Shown piece after piece: positions 53,578 to 64,000 of a stretch of DNA of 64,000 bases (position 1 is its first letter; the number at the start of each line of letters is the position of its first letter). Location: positions 62,001 through 126,000 of IMG/VR virus record IMGVR_UViG_3300017991_005548, one strand, 5' to 3'. The notes below the pieces were generated by a model. It worked only from the letters and a program-made list of their open reading frames with translations. It made no database searches and had not been told where the DNA came from. Made by a program: the position numbers and the translations under genes.

Positions 53578-55238
53578 TCGATGCCTAGTAGTTCTTCAAG
53601 TTCAGAGTCTGCGTCAATGATATCCTGCAATGCTTGTCCTCCATCAGATGAAGACTCATCAGGGAAAATAATGTTATCATCGTCATCGTCCCCAAGATAG
53701 ATCTGATCTTCCAGTTTCTCTTCATTAATCAATTCGTCTTCGCTGACATCACTATTGAATAGAATTTCATCAACTCCTTGGACCTGTCCTGGCTCAAAAA
53801 CTGGATCTGACACTCTACCAAGACGACCATCGAAATCAAGAACCATCGTTCTTTTTGATTCATCATCTCTGGCCTTAGTTCCAAAGACAAACATTTTGGT
53901 TGGTGGGGAGTCGCTGTTCAAAACAGCACTTAAAGCATTGTCGGCATCAGCACTGATCATATTCGAACCTGAAAGGTCTTCAGTATGAACGGCAACATCC
54001 GCATCATCTGTGCCTGTTGCTTTGTCAGATTTGTTTCTAATGTCCTTAGTGGCCGCTTTTTTGATCTGTACAGCAGATATGGTAACATAATCGTTAACTC
54101 TTCCATAAGCCTGAAGTCTTGAAGATGTATAAGCATCATCAAGATCAGGTCTGCCCTGAGTTCTTGTTTCGTTACCAATAACGCCAAGATAGTCAACAAT
54201 CAAAGTGTCAATCTTTTCGCCTTTGGCTTTCAGTTCGGCCTTAACTTCTTCGATCTTACTGATAATCTTAGACAATTTGGTTTGCTGAGCCATCTGAATG
54301 ACGTGGAAGTTAGGTTTAATCTTATCCACAAGGTCCATGGCCGCTTCTTTCAAACGGAAATAGGACTCATCATTCAAACCTTTCTCCCCTTTTCCACCTA
54401 CTTTGATTCTATTGTAGTCAGTTAAAGCATGTAGGGCCAAAAGTCTGGTGAATAATGGGATGGCTTTCTTCTCCATGGAAACATAAACAACATTGTACCC
54501 TGCCTTGGCCATATTAAAGCCAATGTTGAACATTAATGTTGTTTTTCCACCATTAACCATACCGCTAATGATAGTATAGGTCCCATATTCAAATCCATGA
54601 TAAATGTTATCAATGGCCATCAGACCTGTTGGAATAGTGGGGAGACTTTCTGGATCTTCTCTTCGTTTTTCGATATACTCTAGAGTATGTTTCATCCCTT
54701 CTTCGAAGTCCATTATGAGACTGTATGGATCTGGGTCCATGTTCTCAATCTTCAGAAAGGACTCCTGAACCTCTTTTACAAGGTCAACCTGATTGTTGGT
54801 AGCCTTAACGATTTTTTCAAGATTCTCGTTAATGATTTTAAATGCTTGCCACTGGATAAATCTGTTGTTGATGTTAGTCTTCAACAATTCATAATCTTCA
54901 AGATCTACATCTCTGTGGTAAACGTCATCCCAATAGATCCTAGCGGCCCCTTTGTCCTCATCAGTCAGTTCCTTTTTACCATAATGACTCATACCATCCA
55001 TTATGGACTCCATAGCCGTTCTGGTTAGAACTGCACCATGCTTACCGTAATACGACTTGATTACCTCAAACAGGAATCTTGGCTGATCATGCCAAAAATG
55101 CCCTTCTGGTCCACCTCTAAATCCACAAGACATTGCGTCCATGAGGATCTTTTTGTCCTTCAAAAGAAGGCATAGAAATCTTGGCTCTTCTTTAAGAGCT
55201 TGGCGCTTCAGCGCCTCGTTTTTAATCCGTTCTATCAT
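53574..55238 (-). CDS. DnaB-like replicative helicase
   Basis: GMVNGGKT, SMEK, IVDYLG, AVQ. Confidence 0.88.
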   Translation of the reverse strand: MIERIKNEALKRQALKEEPRFLCLLLKDKKILMDAMSCGFRGGPEGHFWHDQPRFLFEVIKSYYGKHGAVLTRTAMESIMDGMSHYGKKELTDEDKGAARIYWDDVYHRDVDLEDYELLKTNINNRFIQWQAFKIINENLEKIVKATNNQVDLVKEVQESFLKIENMDPDPYSLIMDFEEGMKHTLEYIEKRREDPESLPTIPTGLMAIDNIYHGFEYGTYTIISGMVNGGKTTLMFNIGFNMAKAGYNVVYVSMEKKAIPLFTRLLALHALTDYNRIKVGGKGEKGLNDESYFRLKEAAMDLVDKIKPNFHVIQMAQQTKLSKIISKIEEVKAELKAKGEKIDTLIVDYLGVIGNETRTQGRPDLDDAYTSSRLQAYGRVNDYVTISAVQIKKAATKDIRNKSDKATGTDDADVAVHTEDLSGSNMISADADNALSAVLNSDSPPTKMFVFGTKARDDESKRTMVLDFDGRLGRVSDPVFEPGQVQGVDEILFNSDVSEDELINEEKLEDQIYLGDDDDDNIIFPDESSSDGGQALQDIIDADSELEELLGIE

Positions 55239-55936
55239 TTCACCCTAACCCTAAATACATTCTCATCATTTCGAATATCTGCATGAGACAACATAGCAAG
55301 ATATGATCCGCAATGATCCTCCTTGATAGCGTTCTCCTGATTAGTTAACTGTCCAGCCAAAGGAACTGTAAAAGTAATAATCGTTGGCTTGGAATAATCG
55401 TCGCGATATTCTAACAATTGATCAAAGAAAACCCCCGCATCAGTCAGATACATGCTAAATCTTTTGTGATAAAATTCACTCAGAAAAAGTATCTGCTCTT
55501 CCTTGACCTTTTTGACTAAGTCATTTCTGTTCTCAAATCCAGCCCCTTTCAGTGTTTGGAACTGACCCGCAAGATTAGAACAGTTATAGGTGTTGCCATG
55601 CTTGTCACATGCGATCATTCTAAATAAGATAGCGAATGCCGCTTTTTTTCTTGCATGAGAGTCGTGCAGACTTCCACCATCAATAATAACAAATGGTTTT
55701 TTGAATAGAACCTTTGGGTTCTTGTAAACGGTCTCAGCAAATTTATTGACATCCTTATGGTATTTGTCGCACAGCAAGTCCCTAAATTCATCTTGCTTAA
55801 CTCTGAGGTATTTATCGGGGATACCTGCCCGTTTACCTCTTTGGAGGATTGCCCTCGCCTGGACGAACATTCTCCTTCTCTTTTCCATTTCGTCCTGGTA
55901 ATCTTCTAATGTCTTGTCACCCATCTTATACTCCAC
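55235..55936 (-). CDS. DnaC-like helicase loader (degenerate)
   Basis: N-terminal AGIPDKY, position next to helicase, R....KPTIIT. Confidence 0.45.
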   Translation of the reverse strand: MEYKMGDKTLEDYQDEMEKRRRMFVQARAILQRGKRAGIPDKYLRVKQDEFRDLLCDKYHKDVNKFAETVYKNPKVLFKKPFVIIDGGSLHDSHARKKAAFAILFRMIACDKHGNTYNCSNLAGQFQTLKGAGFENRNDLVKKVKEEQILFLSEFYHKRFSMYLTDAGVFFDQLLEYRDDYSKPTIITFTVPLAGQLTNQENAIKEDHCGSYLAMLSHADIRNDENVFRVRVK

Positions 55937-57149
55937 AACCTATGTATCTGGAATTATAATCACTATATGTCTCCTGAAGAGACTTCAGTGAAGTCTTGTC
56001 TTTGCTTTTAGAGTTATGGCCTTTAAGTTTCGATTCTGCAAAGAAAAGAATCCATGACTTCAGAAATTCTTCGTCATGTCCAGACCCCTTAATCGTATCC
56101 AAGATAACCCCCGCATGACGTACTTCCACTCGATATTCATGGAACTGCGCGTCACCGTATTTTGATTTTACAACACTTCTATAAAACTGGACAAGTGATT
56201 TAGAGTCTTTCATCGGCTCTAAAGACTTGAATGTTTCGAATTTTGCTTCTACGTTTTTCTGGGGAACTCTCTTTCTCTGTTTAGTTTCCTTCACCAGATT
56301 GTCATCTTTTGGTGAGAGGTTTGCCTCAAGTTCTTTATGTTCTTCTCTGGTATTTTTTTTAGGAACCAACTTATTATAAACACCTAATGGCAAACGATCA
56401 TAAAAATGCTCATCTTCTTCCAAACCTTCATAGGCGTTCATTTTGGAAATTCTGCTGTTCAGTCCATTTAGATATTCTTTATACCCAACGCTTTCATTCC
56501 ATCTTTCTAACTTAGCCTGAACATCAGGATGCATTTTCCCAACCATTCGATCAACGAATTGGCAAAACGATTTGCGAACATCATGGATCGATGACTTATC
56601 TCCACTTTCAGAAAGGATTTTGAGCATACTCATGACCATGTTTTTGGTAGGGGCGATGATTTTTCTGATAGTTTTCGGAGTAACTACTCCTTCAGTATTG
56701 TAAAATTTCCATAAACCAATGTCCCTCTCAAGAATGAACATATAGTTTCTTGGAAAGCCACATTTCCAAACATAGAAAATGTTGTTCTCATCAAGTTCAT
56801 TGATTCGTTTGACAATATTACCAACATCTTTATTTGCCTCTTTCCCTTCCATCCTGTATTTCACTGGATGACAGTTCTCCAGAAGCAGAACAGGATTGAC
56901 AGGTATGTTTGTGTAAATCCTTCTTTCTTCTGACGCATCATAATATTTTGAATCTTTCTTGTAGTACATTTTATTAGATATGATCTGATCAAAGATGACC
57001 AAAGAAAGTTTCGTTAAGGTGGCGGGATATAAGCCAGCGTAACAACTCAGAAGATTCAAATTACATAGCTTGTAATTATTCTGATGTTCTGTTAGCTTAT
57101 TTCTCGCTTCGTTTTTCGCTTTTGTAGCCATAGGAGCCTCATCTTGCAA
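55926..57149 (-). CDS. hypothetical protein (possible replication initiator)
   Basis: Position in replication block only. Confidence 0.45.
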   Translation of the reverse strand: MQDEAPMATKAKNEARNKLTEHQNNYKLCNLNLLSCYAGLYPATLTKLSLVIFDQIISNKMYYKKDSKYYDASEERRIYTNIPVNPVLLLENCHPVKYRMEGKEANKDVGNIVKRINELDENNIFYVWKCGFPRNYMFILERDIGLWKFYNTEGVVTPKTIRKIIAPTKNMVMSMLKILSESGDKSSIHDVRKSFCQFVDRMVGKMHPDVQAKLERWNESVGYKEYLNGLNSRISKMNAYEGLEEDEHFYDRLPLGVYNKLVPKKNTREEHKELEANLSPKDDNLVKETKQRKRVPQKNVEAKFETFKSLEPMKDSKSLVQFYRSVVKSKYGDAQFHEYRVEVRHAGVILDTIKGSGHDEEFLKSWILFFAESKLKGHNSKSKDKTSLKSLQETYSDYNSRYIGCGV

Positions 57150-58479
57150 TAATAAGGTACTCTACCCCACGTTCCACATATTTGTGTCCATCATCCAAGT
57201 AGTTCTCGAAGAAATGGTTGGCATCAACTTTATTCTTGCCTTTTCTGTACTGGTAGGTAATCGGAACCTCTATTACTTTTATGTCTGTTTTTCCAGCATT
57301 CCTGATGGTCGATGTGATAGTGTCAATATCTGCATATGAAGAGTCATTGTAGCTTAAAATCCATGTTTTGAATTTCAGACATAGACTCAATAAATACTCA
57401 AACTCGGCCTGATATCCCTTCTTGTTTGAGAACCTTTTTGAACCTTTCTGTATGTGCTCTAAGTCTTCCAACTTTTCCTCATATAAATATTCTTCCAAGA
57501 ACCTGTATAAGGTGGAGTAGTCGCTACTAGCCCCACCATAAGGGGGATCTAAGTAAATCAGATCTGCATTAATAATCCCCCCTTCTAATAATTCTACAAC
57601 ATCCGAATTGAAAACCAAGCTTTCTCCAGAAGAAAGAACAGAATTAAATTTCCCCAACTGTATGTCAATGTCGGTAATTTCCTTCCCTTTGTTCTTGTCA
57701 TGCTTTAGTCTATGTTCTAGATCCGCAATGGTTTGCCCCTGATAATACCTACCGCCAAGGAAGCAATGTCGGTTGATATGATTTTCCATAGCCATCAAAG
57801 AAAATGCGCCTTTGTATTTCTCGCACATTTCGTTCATTGCGGCTTCAAACATAATCTCATTATTGTCATCCCGTCTCTTTCTGGTGGTATCTCTCCATTT
57901 CTCGGTCCAGAATGATTTTCCAACTTGATGGGTGGACCTTAATTTCTTCAGATCTTTGCCATAGACAGAGAAATTACTGTTTGGGATGCTTGCCAAAGTC
58001 GCTTTGTTAAGAAGATCAATCCCGCAGTAAAACTTCTGTCCACATAATATCTCTACATTCCTTCGATAGCGATCAAGGAATCGACATTCTTTCTCTGTAA
58101 AGAACTTGCCTTTATAGTTGTCGAGAACAAACGTTCTGCAACCTTCTGGTTGGTTTTGGCATAAGAATCGGATGTCGTCTTTGGTAACGGGCATAGTGGC
58201 GTTTTCCAAAAGACAAACTGCTGTAATGGACGAAGAAGTTAAAAGATCATTGCAGATAACTTTCTTCCCCATAGCTTTGAAAAGAAGAGATACCATAGCG
58301 CTCCCGCTGAAAGCATCGAACGCGCTGTCGAATTCAATACCTTCACTTTCTATGGTATCCCAAATATGTAACAGGAGCCTTCTCTTGCTTCCAACGTAAT
58401 TACTTGGGAGAGAAGAGATGTTTTTGACAATAGATTTTTTATCCCTGTCATTCTGCAACACTGCGAAAAAATCATCCAT
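57139..58479 (-). CDS. DNA adenine methyltransferase (D12 class)
   Basis: NYVGSKR, FDAFSGS, NDL, LIYLDPPY. Confidence 0.9.
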   Translation of the reverse strand: MDDFFAVLQNDRDKKSIVKNISSLPSNYVGSKRRLLLHIWDTIESEGIEFDSAFDAFSGSAMVSLLFKAMGKKVICNDLLTSSSITAVCLLENATMPVTKDDIRFLCQNQPEGCRTFVLDNYKGKFFTEKECRFLDRYRRNVEILCGQKFYCGIDLLNKATLASIPNSNFSVYGKDLKKLRSTHQVGKSFWTEKWRDTTRKRRDDNNEIMFEAAMNEMCEKYKGAFSLMAMENHINRHCFLGGRYYQGQTIADLEHRLKHDKNKGKEITDIDIQLGKFNSVLSSGESLVFNSDVVELLEGGIINADLIYLDPPYGGASSDYSTLYRFLEEYLYEEKLEDLEHIQKGSKRFSNKKGYQAEFEYLLSLCLKFKTWILSYNDSSYADIDTITSTIRNAGKTDIKVIEVPITYQYRKGKNKVDANHFFENYLDDGHKYVERGVEYLIIAR

Positions 58480-58511
58480 GAAACGCCTCGTAAAATAATG
58501 TACTTCATTGT

Positions 58512-58539
58512 ATTATACTCTGGGATCTTGGAAAAACAA
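58512..58539 (-). promoter_or_regulatory. sigma70-like promoter
   Basis: TTGTTT-N16-TATAAT. Confidence 0.5.
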
Positions 58540-58546
58540 GAAAGAC

Positions 58547-60097
58547 TTAGATATCAAAGATGGTAAAATTCTTACCTGTATCCATGATCTCATCTATTTC
58601 CCCCAATATATAGTCATCGCCAGCGGAATTAATGAGATTAAATCTCTCTTCAGCTTTCAGGAGTTTCTTCACCTTATTATTCTGTTTGGTAAGAAATCTG
58701 GCTTTGTGGTTATAAGTAACAACAATAGATTTGTCTCTGGGATTTGCAGAACCTCTATCTGGTCTGAGAGTCCTGCCAACTCTTTGATAGACTCTGGTTG
58801 CAGATGCACCACCTCCAGCAAGCAAAGCGGCATCAAGTGTAGGAATGTCCAAACCCTCATCTGCAAGAGTAGTTGCAATCATGCACATGATATTTTTATC
58901 TCGCAGATCTTGGATACATTGTCTACGTTTTTTCCCTGTCATCTTCCCAGTTACAAATGGAGTATTTGGGATAAGTTTCTTCAATGCCTCTCCATGATGA
59001 TAATGCTTAACAAGAATTAACGTACTGAGATCTCTGCTGATAAGATGATTGGCTGTCCTGGCTACATGAGCATGAAAAGCATCATTCTTTGTTACACATT
59101 TTGAATAAACGGACGAGAATGTTGATGGTACACTATCATGATGAATGGGATCAAATAATATATATGGAGTGAGAAGATATCCATGGTCAATTAGGTATGA
59201 TGCGCTAATGTCAACAATCTTCTTGCCAAATAAGCCCTGTAAGACGATCTCTGCGTTATCTTCCCTATAAGGGGTAGCCGTACCGCCAAAGCGCCAGTAA
59301 GCGTTTGGAGAGGCCCCTATAACGTCTCTACAGATCTTTGAACTGGCATGATGACTTTCATCAAGGTATAAGCCCTTTGTGGCTCCTAGAAGCTTTCTAA
59401 TGGCTTTATTTTTATCATGTGAGAGAATATCGTTGTCATCCCATACATCTTCATTATCAAACATATAGTCGCTGATCTTAAAAACGTCCTCTTCATGAAG
59501 ACTTCTGACCACAGATTGAATCGTACAAACATTTATATCTTTGATATCAAAATTTCCTGCACCAATTCTTCCGATTGGAACGTTCAGAGTGGAAGATAGG
59601 GTGTCGTAAGCCTGATCAAGCAAATCTCTTGTTAGAACGTAGAACATAAATGGAGCAGTTTTGATTTCGCCAATAAGCTGAGACACCATCATAGTTTTTC
59701 CGCCACCTGTAGCGACTTTAAGTATCCCTCTAGTTCTACTCAAAGCTCTGCTAATAGTGAAATCCTGATAGTCTCTTTGTTCAAAACATTTAGGGGGTTG
59801 GAATTCAAGGAATGGGATGTTCTTTTCAGGAGCAGACCTAATGTCGTCCTTTTTATGAGGAATGTTGTATTTATTCAATACATTTATCACTAGAGACAAC
59901 ATTCCCGTAAGGAATGACTGTCCTTTATTTTTGTGATAAAACCTTATACGGCCATCCCATTTCTTATCTTGATAAGATTTAGCGAATGGAGCGGCAGGAG
60001 AGAAGTACGAAAGATGTCTATGAAGTTCATCTTGTACGTAGTCTGGTAAATGTCCCACAATTTTCGAATTTGCATTTCCGATCAGTATTTTTACCAT
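58547..60097 (-). CDS. SF2 DEAD/DEAH helicase (UvsW-like)
   Basis: ATGGGKT, DESH, TATP, EGLDIP, QRVGR. Confidence 0.9.
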   Translation of the reverse strand: MVKILIGNANSKIVGHLPDYVQDELHRHLSYFSPAAPFAKSYQDKKWDGRIRFYHKNKGQSFLTGMLSLVINVLNKYNIPHKKDDIRSAPEKNIPFLEFQPPKCFEQRDYQDFTISRALSRTRGILKVATGGGKTMMVSQLIGEIKTAPFMFYVLTRDLLDQAYDTLSSTLNVPIGRIGAGNFDIKDINVCTIQSVVRSLHEEDVFKISDYMFDNEDVWDDNDILSHDKNKAIRKLLGATKGLYLDESHHASSKICRDVIGASPNAYWRFGGTATPYREDNAEIVLQGLFGKKIVDISASYLIDHGYLLTPYILFDPIHHDSVPSTFSSVYSKCVTKNDAFHAHVARTANHLISRDLSTLILVKHYHHGEALKKLIPNTPFVTGKMTGKKRRQCIQDLRDKNIMCMIATTLADEGLDIPTLDAALLAGGGASATRVYQRVGRTLRPDRGSANPRDKSIVVTYNHKARFLTKQNNKVKKLLKAEERFNLINSAGDDYILGEIDEIMDTGKNFTIFDI

Positions 60098-60110
60098 TGA
60101 AAGTCATCTT

Positions 60111-60323
60111 TTATTTATCTATTCTGCAAATTCTACCAACACAATTGCAACCTGAAGGTTTCTCTTCTGGAGGGTTGTCAACCAAAACAACAACCATAGC
60201 CCCTTCGCATTTAGGACAGATTGTTGAGGTGTTGTCTACATGTCCGCACATAGCACATTTCTTCATTGAACTGATAACAGTTGGTCTGGTTGGTTCGGAA
60301 TGTCCTCTTTTAATCATACTCAT
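60111..60323 (-). CDS. small Zn-ribbon protein
   Basis: CAMC...CPKC. Confidence 0.5.
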   Translation of the reverse strand: MSMIKRGHSEPTRPTVISSMKKCAMCGHVDNTSTICPKCEGAMVVVLVDNPPEEKPSGCNCVGRICRIDK

Positions 60324-60754
60324 AGTGAATTTTCCTTTAAAAACTTTTCCACTATGTTATTATACCCAAGTTTATACATTTCTTCCTCCACAACAGGATC
60401 TTTTGTAGGTATTTTACCATCGCTGATGTAATCTGTCAACTCATCCAGAGATTTCTCAATGGCTTTCTGAAAGTAGACAGTATTCATGATCCCACATTTT
60501 TTACAGTAGTATTCAACAGCGATATCACCAAAGTTCCTGGCATTCAGGCAAACAGATATTTGTCGGACCCCATTCTCTTTGATTCTCTTTCTACAGGTTG
60601 GGCATTTTACTAGCGCCCAATCTGGAATCCCCATTCCCTCTGACATTTTTTGATGGAAATCAAGAAGCCCATCCCTCATGTCCTTCTCTTCATAAAAATT
60701 ACTTTCCATCTTCCTGTTTTTCGGCCCCGTTTTGAGTTTCTTCAGTTTCCCCAC
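60320..60754 (-). CDS. Zn-ribbon hypothetical protein
   Basis: CPTC...CKKC. Confidence 0.55.
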   Translation of the reverse strand: MGKLKKLKTGPKNRKMESNFYEEKDMRDGLLDFHQKMSEGMGIPDWALVKCPTCRKRIKENGVRQISVCLNARNFGDIAVEYYCKKCGIMNTVYFQKAIEKSLDELTDYISDGKIPTKDPVVEEEMYKLGYNNIVEKFLKENSL

Positions 60755-60941
60755 TGTTTTCTTCTACTTGCACTTGCGCTTCTTTGATCAACCTCTCTTT
60801 CTCTCGTTTGAGATTGGCGAGAACTCTACCCAAGTCTCTATAAGCAAGCACTTCCTGCCCATTAAGCAGTTTGCTGTCGATTTTCTCAACATCTCTTATC
60901 AGAGAGTCAAGAACGTTAACATTTTTCCATAAATCACTCAT
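60699..60941 (-). CDS. hypothetical protein
   Basis: ORF track. Confidence 0.5.
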   Translation of the reverse strand: MSDLWKNVNVLDSLIRDVEKIDSKLLNGQEVLAYRDLGRVLANLKREKERLIKEAQVQVEENSGETEETQNGAEKQEDGK

Positions 60942-62952
60942 TTTTTTGTCCCTCCAGTTCTTCTATGACACTGTCAATAATATCTTTGAAAAGTATCGCA
61001 ATGTTGTAGTTCTCAGGTGTTACCTGTCCTCCGACTTTATCTCTGATCATTTCGTCAATAGAGATTCCTGACTTCAGTTCGAACTTAATTTGCTCACTAT
61101 GAGCTTGTCTTTCATCCTTATCTGTAAGATACAGATACCAATACTTATCACGATCAGTGTCTTTAAGCTTTGGATCTTTATTATACTGATTTTCGTGCTC
61201 TGGATTTGTAATTGAGAACAAATTATGCGCATATTCATGAACCAGAGTAGAAGCCTGTTCCGCAGGAGAGGGCATGTCAACCGTATCAATTGCGATCAAT
61301 GGAGGATTAACAAAGATGCCCTTGGCAATCTCATATGGAGCTTCGATTTCAGACTTCTTAAACGACTCTGCGCTCATGAATCCCCCTTTGATTCCCTGAC
61401 CAAACAACATCTCAACAGGGCCAACAACAACGTTCAGATTCTCAAATGAAACTTCCCTTTCTTTAGCCAATGGCTCAAGAAGTTCACAAGCATCATAATA
61501 ATCTTTTAGATCCCTAAGATGAAAAGAGTCTCCATCTCCAATCCTGATACTTCTGGAGTTATGATCACTACGAAATTGAGGTTTATCTTTCCCCTCTGGA
61601 ACTTCAGTTTCGTTGAAGTATCTGACTTTTGCCAATTGTGTAAGACGATCTTTATCACCTTTCACCATATTGACATAAGAATGATCATCTGACTTGATGT
61701 CAATCGTATTGGTATAACGATTGTATCTCGTAATGAGTGGGATGGTTACTGGATGGAAGAACTTCCTCCAGATTTCTTCTCTAACATAGACAGGAGTCTC
61801 GATAATAACAAACTTAGTTTTGGTATTATAATCAATGACTCTGAACCATGGGATCTGTCTATCTGCACTTAATTTTCCATTTCGAATCATAGATGAAATA
61901 TTAATAGGGAATTTATCATCGGTTTTAAATGACACATAGTATGGTGTCTTCGCAGGGTTCTCATGCCCATCCTCTTCAAATGAATAAGCAATCTTCATCA
62001 ACTCATTGGCAGACCCGATAAGCTGATGGAAGTTCCCGACATTTTTAATGAAGATGTTGCTGATCTCTTCAAAGGTCCAACCAAGTTTCAAAAACCTTTT
62101 GATAGCAAAAAGAAAAGCGTCTCTATGTGCTTGTGGTGCATCTTCGGCATAATCGCCAAAAACAGAAGGGTCAAAGAAGTATTCCCGATAACCATTCAGG
62201 ATATGCCATTCCTTTTCTGGGGCTGATGGTTGAGGATCGCTACCGATATTAATTAAAATAAAGGGAGCCTTCTGAGAGAGAAGATTCTCAGGCTTATCCC
62301 GCTTACGTCCATCAATGTCTATCTCTTCATAAAAATTAATCCCTTTGGTATCATGTGGAGAGACATAGCCCCCAAGAACAGTACCTTCTCGATCATCCTG
62401 GGTTCTCATTTTTAAGTGGGGAGGGAGGGCCTTCGCAACAGATGGCATACGATTGAGATTAACCTCAATGATTGGAATCCTGTCAACGTTTTCTCCACCA
62501 AGATCTTTATGGATTAGATCCTTGATATTTTTGAAGCCATCAAGATACCGTACTCTTAAAGATGAGAAGGGCGATCCATAAATGATAGGTTCTTTTGAGT
62601 AAGTTCCAAAAGTCTCAACGACCTTATCTTTGATCTTGTCAAAGAGTTCTTCAAACTGATAGTTAGTGAAATAATCTTTGTTGATAACATAGAACCTTCC
62701 AGAGTCGATATCATAACAGACCTGTAGAAGGTGTTTGGCATCGAATCCCTTGAACTGCTCCTTAAGAAGCTCCAAGGCGGTTTTTGCATTCATGCTGACA
62801 GGAGCACGAAAAATTCTGGATTTGTGGTTTTTAGTTGGTAATGACGCAAAATAACTAACGATTTGGTTTCTTAGATTCGAGGTAGTCTGTTGCTTCGATG
62901 TCATATTCAATTCTCGCTTTGAACTCGCCCAAATTCCACGAATCTGGATCAA
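60934..62952 (-). CDS. large hypothetical protein with C-terminal HExxH zincin-like motif
   Basis: TLVHEYAH followed by downstream E..A. Confidence 0.55.
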   Translation of the reverse strand: MIQIRGIWASSKRELNMTSKQQTTSNLRNQIVSYFASLPTKNHKSRIFRAPVSMNAKTALELLKEQFKGFDAKHLLQVCYDIDSGRFYVINKDYFTNYQFEELFDKIKDKVVETFGTYSKEPIIYGSPFSSLRVRYLDGFKNIKDLIHKDLGGENVDRIPIIEVNLNRMPSVAKALPPHLKMRTQDDREGTVLGGYVSPHDTKGINFYEEIDIDGRKRDKPENLLSQKAPFILINIGSDPQPSAPEKEWHILNGYREYFFDPSVFGDYAEDAPQAHRDAFLFAIKRFLKLGWTFEEISNIFIKNVGNFHQLIGSANELMKIAYSFEEDGHENPAKTPYYVSFKTDDKFPINISSMIRNGKLSADRQIPWFRVIDYNTKTKFVIIETPVYVREEIWRKFFHPVTIPLITRYNRYTNTIDIKSDDHSYVNMVKGDKDRLTQLAKVRYFNETEVPEGKDKPQFRSDHNSRSIRIGDGDSFHLRDLKDYYDACELLEPLAKEREVSFENLNVVVGPVEMLFGQGIKGGFMSAESFKKSEIEAPYEIAKGIFVNPPLIAIDTVDMPSPAEQASTLVHEYAHNLFSITNPEHENQYNKDPKLKDTDRDKYWYLYLTDKDERQAHSEQIKFELKSGISIDEMIRDKVGGQVTPENYNIAILFKDIIDSVIEELEGQKNE

Positions 62953-64000
62953 CGGGTTCGTATGTTTTGCCGTTAAGTATCAACTTATAGTTGAATATTG
63001 CTATCGTTGTTGGCCAACTCTTTCCATTGTACTGATTACACATTCCAAGACCATGAATCCAAGCGGAAGCTTCTGGTTCGTTGTATCCCTGGTCCATTAA
63101 ACCTGAGAATCCAACAGCATAACAGCCGAATCGGATTGATGGATAATGTATATGCCCAATAAATGTGTTATGACCTAACGATCTTGACGCTTTCTCCAAT
63201 TTGTTTCCATTTTGGTTGTAAAAGGTCATGTCGCCATGTATGAACTTGGCGCTACCTATTTCCAGTACATTCTTAAGATAAGTTATCTCGTATCCAGAAT
63301 TTGTCAAGTCGCAAATGAACTCAACATTGAGAATTGAGTTCAATTGAGGGTATTTTTTTATGAAATCCTGGGCAAATCGCTCATGGTTACCTGTAATCGC
63401 ATGGCGTTCCTTTGCCCATTTTGCCATTCGTTTCATAATATAGCTGGTTCTTGCCCCTTCGTTCAAATAATCACCAAAAATTACATGTCCTTTGTCCAGA
63501 TCATGGTGGTTAATTGCCTTGGCATCAAAAAAGTCTCCAACATTAACTAATACATCTGGTTTGTAATCTTTACATACTTGTTCCTGGAGATCAAGCACAT
63601 TAGCGTCATGACTTGGAGCATGCATGTCAGCCGTCACAAAAATCTTTTTACTTGGTTCATGTACGCCTTTTGAAGAAATGATTTTGTCGAAATACGAAGT
63701 GTAGTATTCGCCATTTATTTGCTGAACCAAACATGGTACAACAGTATGATCCCCATCTTCATTTACATGAACAATCAGAATCCCCTGATTCCAAATCTCA
63801 TATTTATGCTTTTGCTTTCTATACTTAGAAAACCCATCATGATAGGCGACTTTCACAGTCCTTCTGTCTTGAAAGTCAATCTGTTTGATAGTTCTAATTA
63901 TGTGTTTCTCGCATAATGATCCAGGAGACATGAAGAAATGGGAAGATCCATCAGATGCGGCTTTAGAAACAACCTCTTGTCGATGACAGTTCACAATCAT
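62855..64000 (-). CDS. calcineurin-like metallophosphoesterase domain protein, 5' end outside window
   Basis: ADMH, GDFFD, GNHE, HGD, GHIH. Confidence 0.8.
   Translation of the reverse strand: MIVNCHRQEVVSKAASDGSSHFFMSPGSLCEKHIIRTIKQIDFQDRRTVKVAYHDGFSKYRKQKHKYEIWNQGILIVHVNEDGDHTVVPCLVQQINGEYYTSYFDKIISSKGVHEPSKKIFVTADMHAPSHDANVLDLQEQVCKDYKPDVLVNVGDFFDAKAINHHDLDKGHVIFGDYLNEGARTSYIMKRMAKWAKERHAITGNHERFAQDFIKKYPQLNSILNVEFICDLTNSGYEITYLKNVLEIGSAKFIHGDMTFYNQNGNKLEKASRSLGHNTFIGHIHYPSIRFGCYAVGFSGLMDQGYNEPEASAWIHGLGMCNQYNGKSWPTTIAIFNYKLILNGKTYEPVDPDSWNLGEFKARIEYDIEATDYLESKKPNR

Noticed and set aside
473-63916. Many 60-170 aa opposite-strand ORFs in the track
   Set aside because: Antisense shadows of longer motif-bearing genes.
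1-64000. CRISPR array
   Set aside because: No run of equal-length repeats with unique spacers. The CAGCAA elements and the TAACTGTTTTTC triplet at ~43575-43640 are too few and irregular.
1-64000. Stop-codon recoding
   Set aside because: Long conserved genes are intact in code 11, TAG/TGA act as stops, and no suppressor tRNA was found.

Overview
AT-rich segment of a large (jumbo-type) bacteriophage genome, read in the standard genetic code. Most genes lie on the - strand. They cover a DNA-replication block (SF2 helicase, adenine MTase, DnaB-like helicase, primase Zn domain, dCMP deaminase), proteostasis and translation genes (Clp ATPase, DnaJ, Hsp20, thioredoxin, IF3), and nucleotide/NAD-related enzymes (PhoH, NadD, ADP-ribosylglycohydrolase, DHH and metallo-phosphoesterases, a TROVE/DUF2828 protein). 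There are also several glycosyltransferase-like genes and two free-standing LAGLIDADG-type endonucleases. A + strand block (16.4-26.8 kb) holds paralogous, probably virion-surface proteins. I read 36 tRNA genes in four operons, plus seven tRNA-like oddities. Main discovery: each of the four tRNA operons is preceded by promoter + short leader peptide + antiterminator/terminator, and the leader codons match the amino acids of that operon's tRNAs. This points to ribosome-mediated transcription attenuation of phage tRNA operons. Other highlights: a ~206-nt minimal RNase P RNA; a seven-copy RNA element (AAG-N8-CAGCAA plus helix) inside tRNA-like genes and in the TROVE-gene leader, where two copies enclose anticodon-loop mimics; two circularly permuted tRNA-like RNAs; and promoters with a fixed 16-nt spacer. 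All structures were read by eye and no searches were run.
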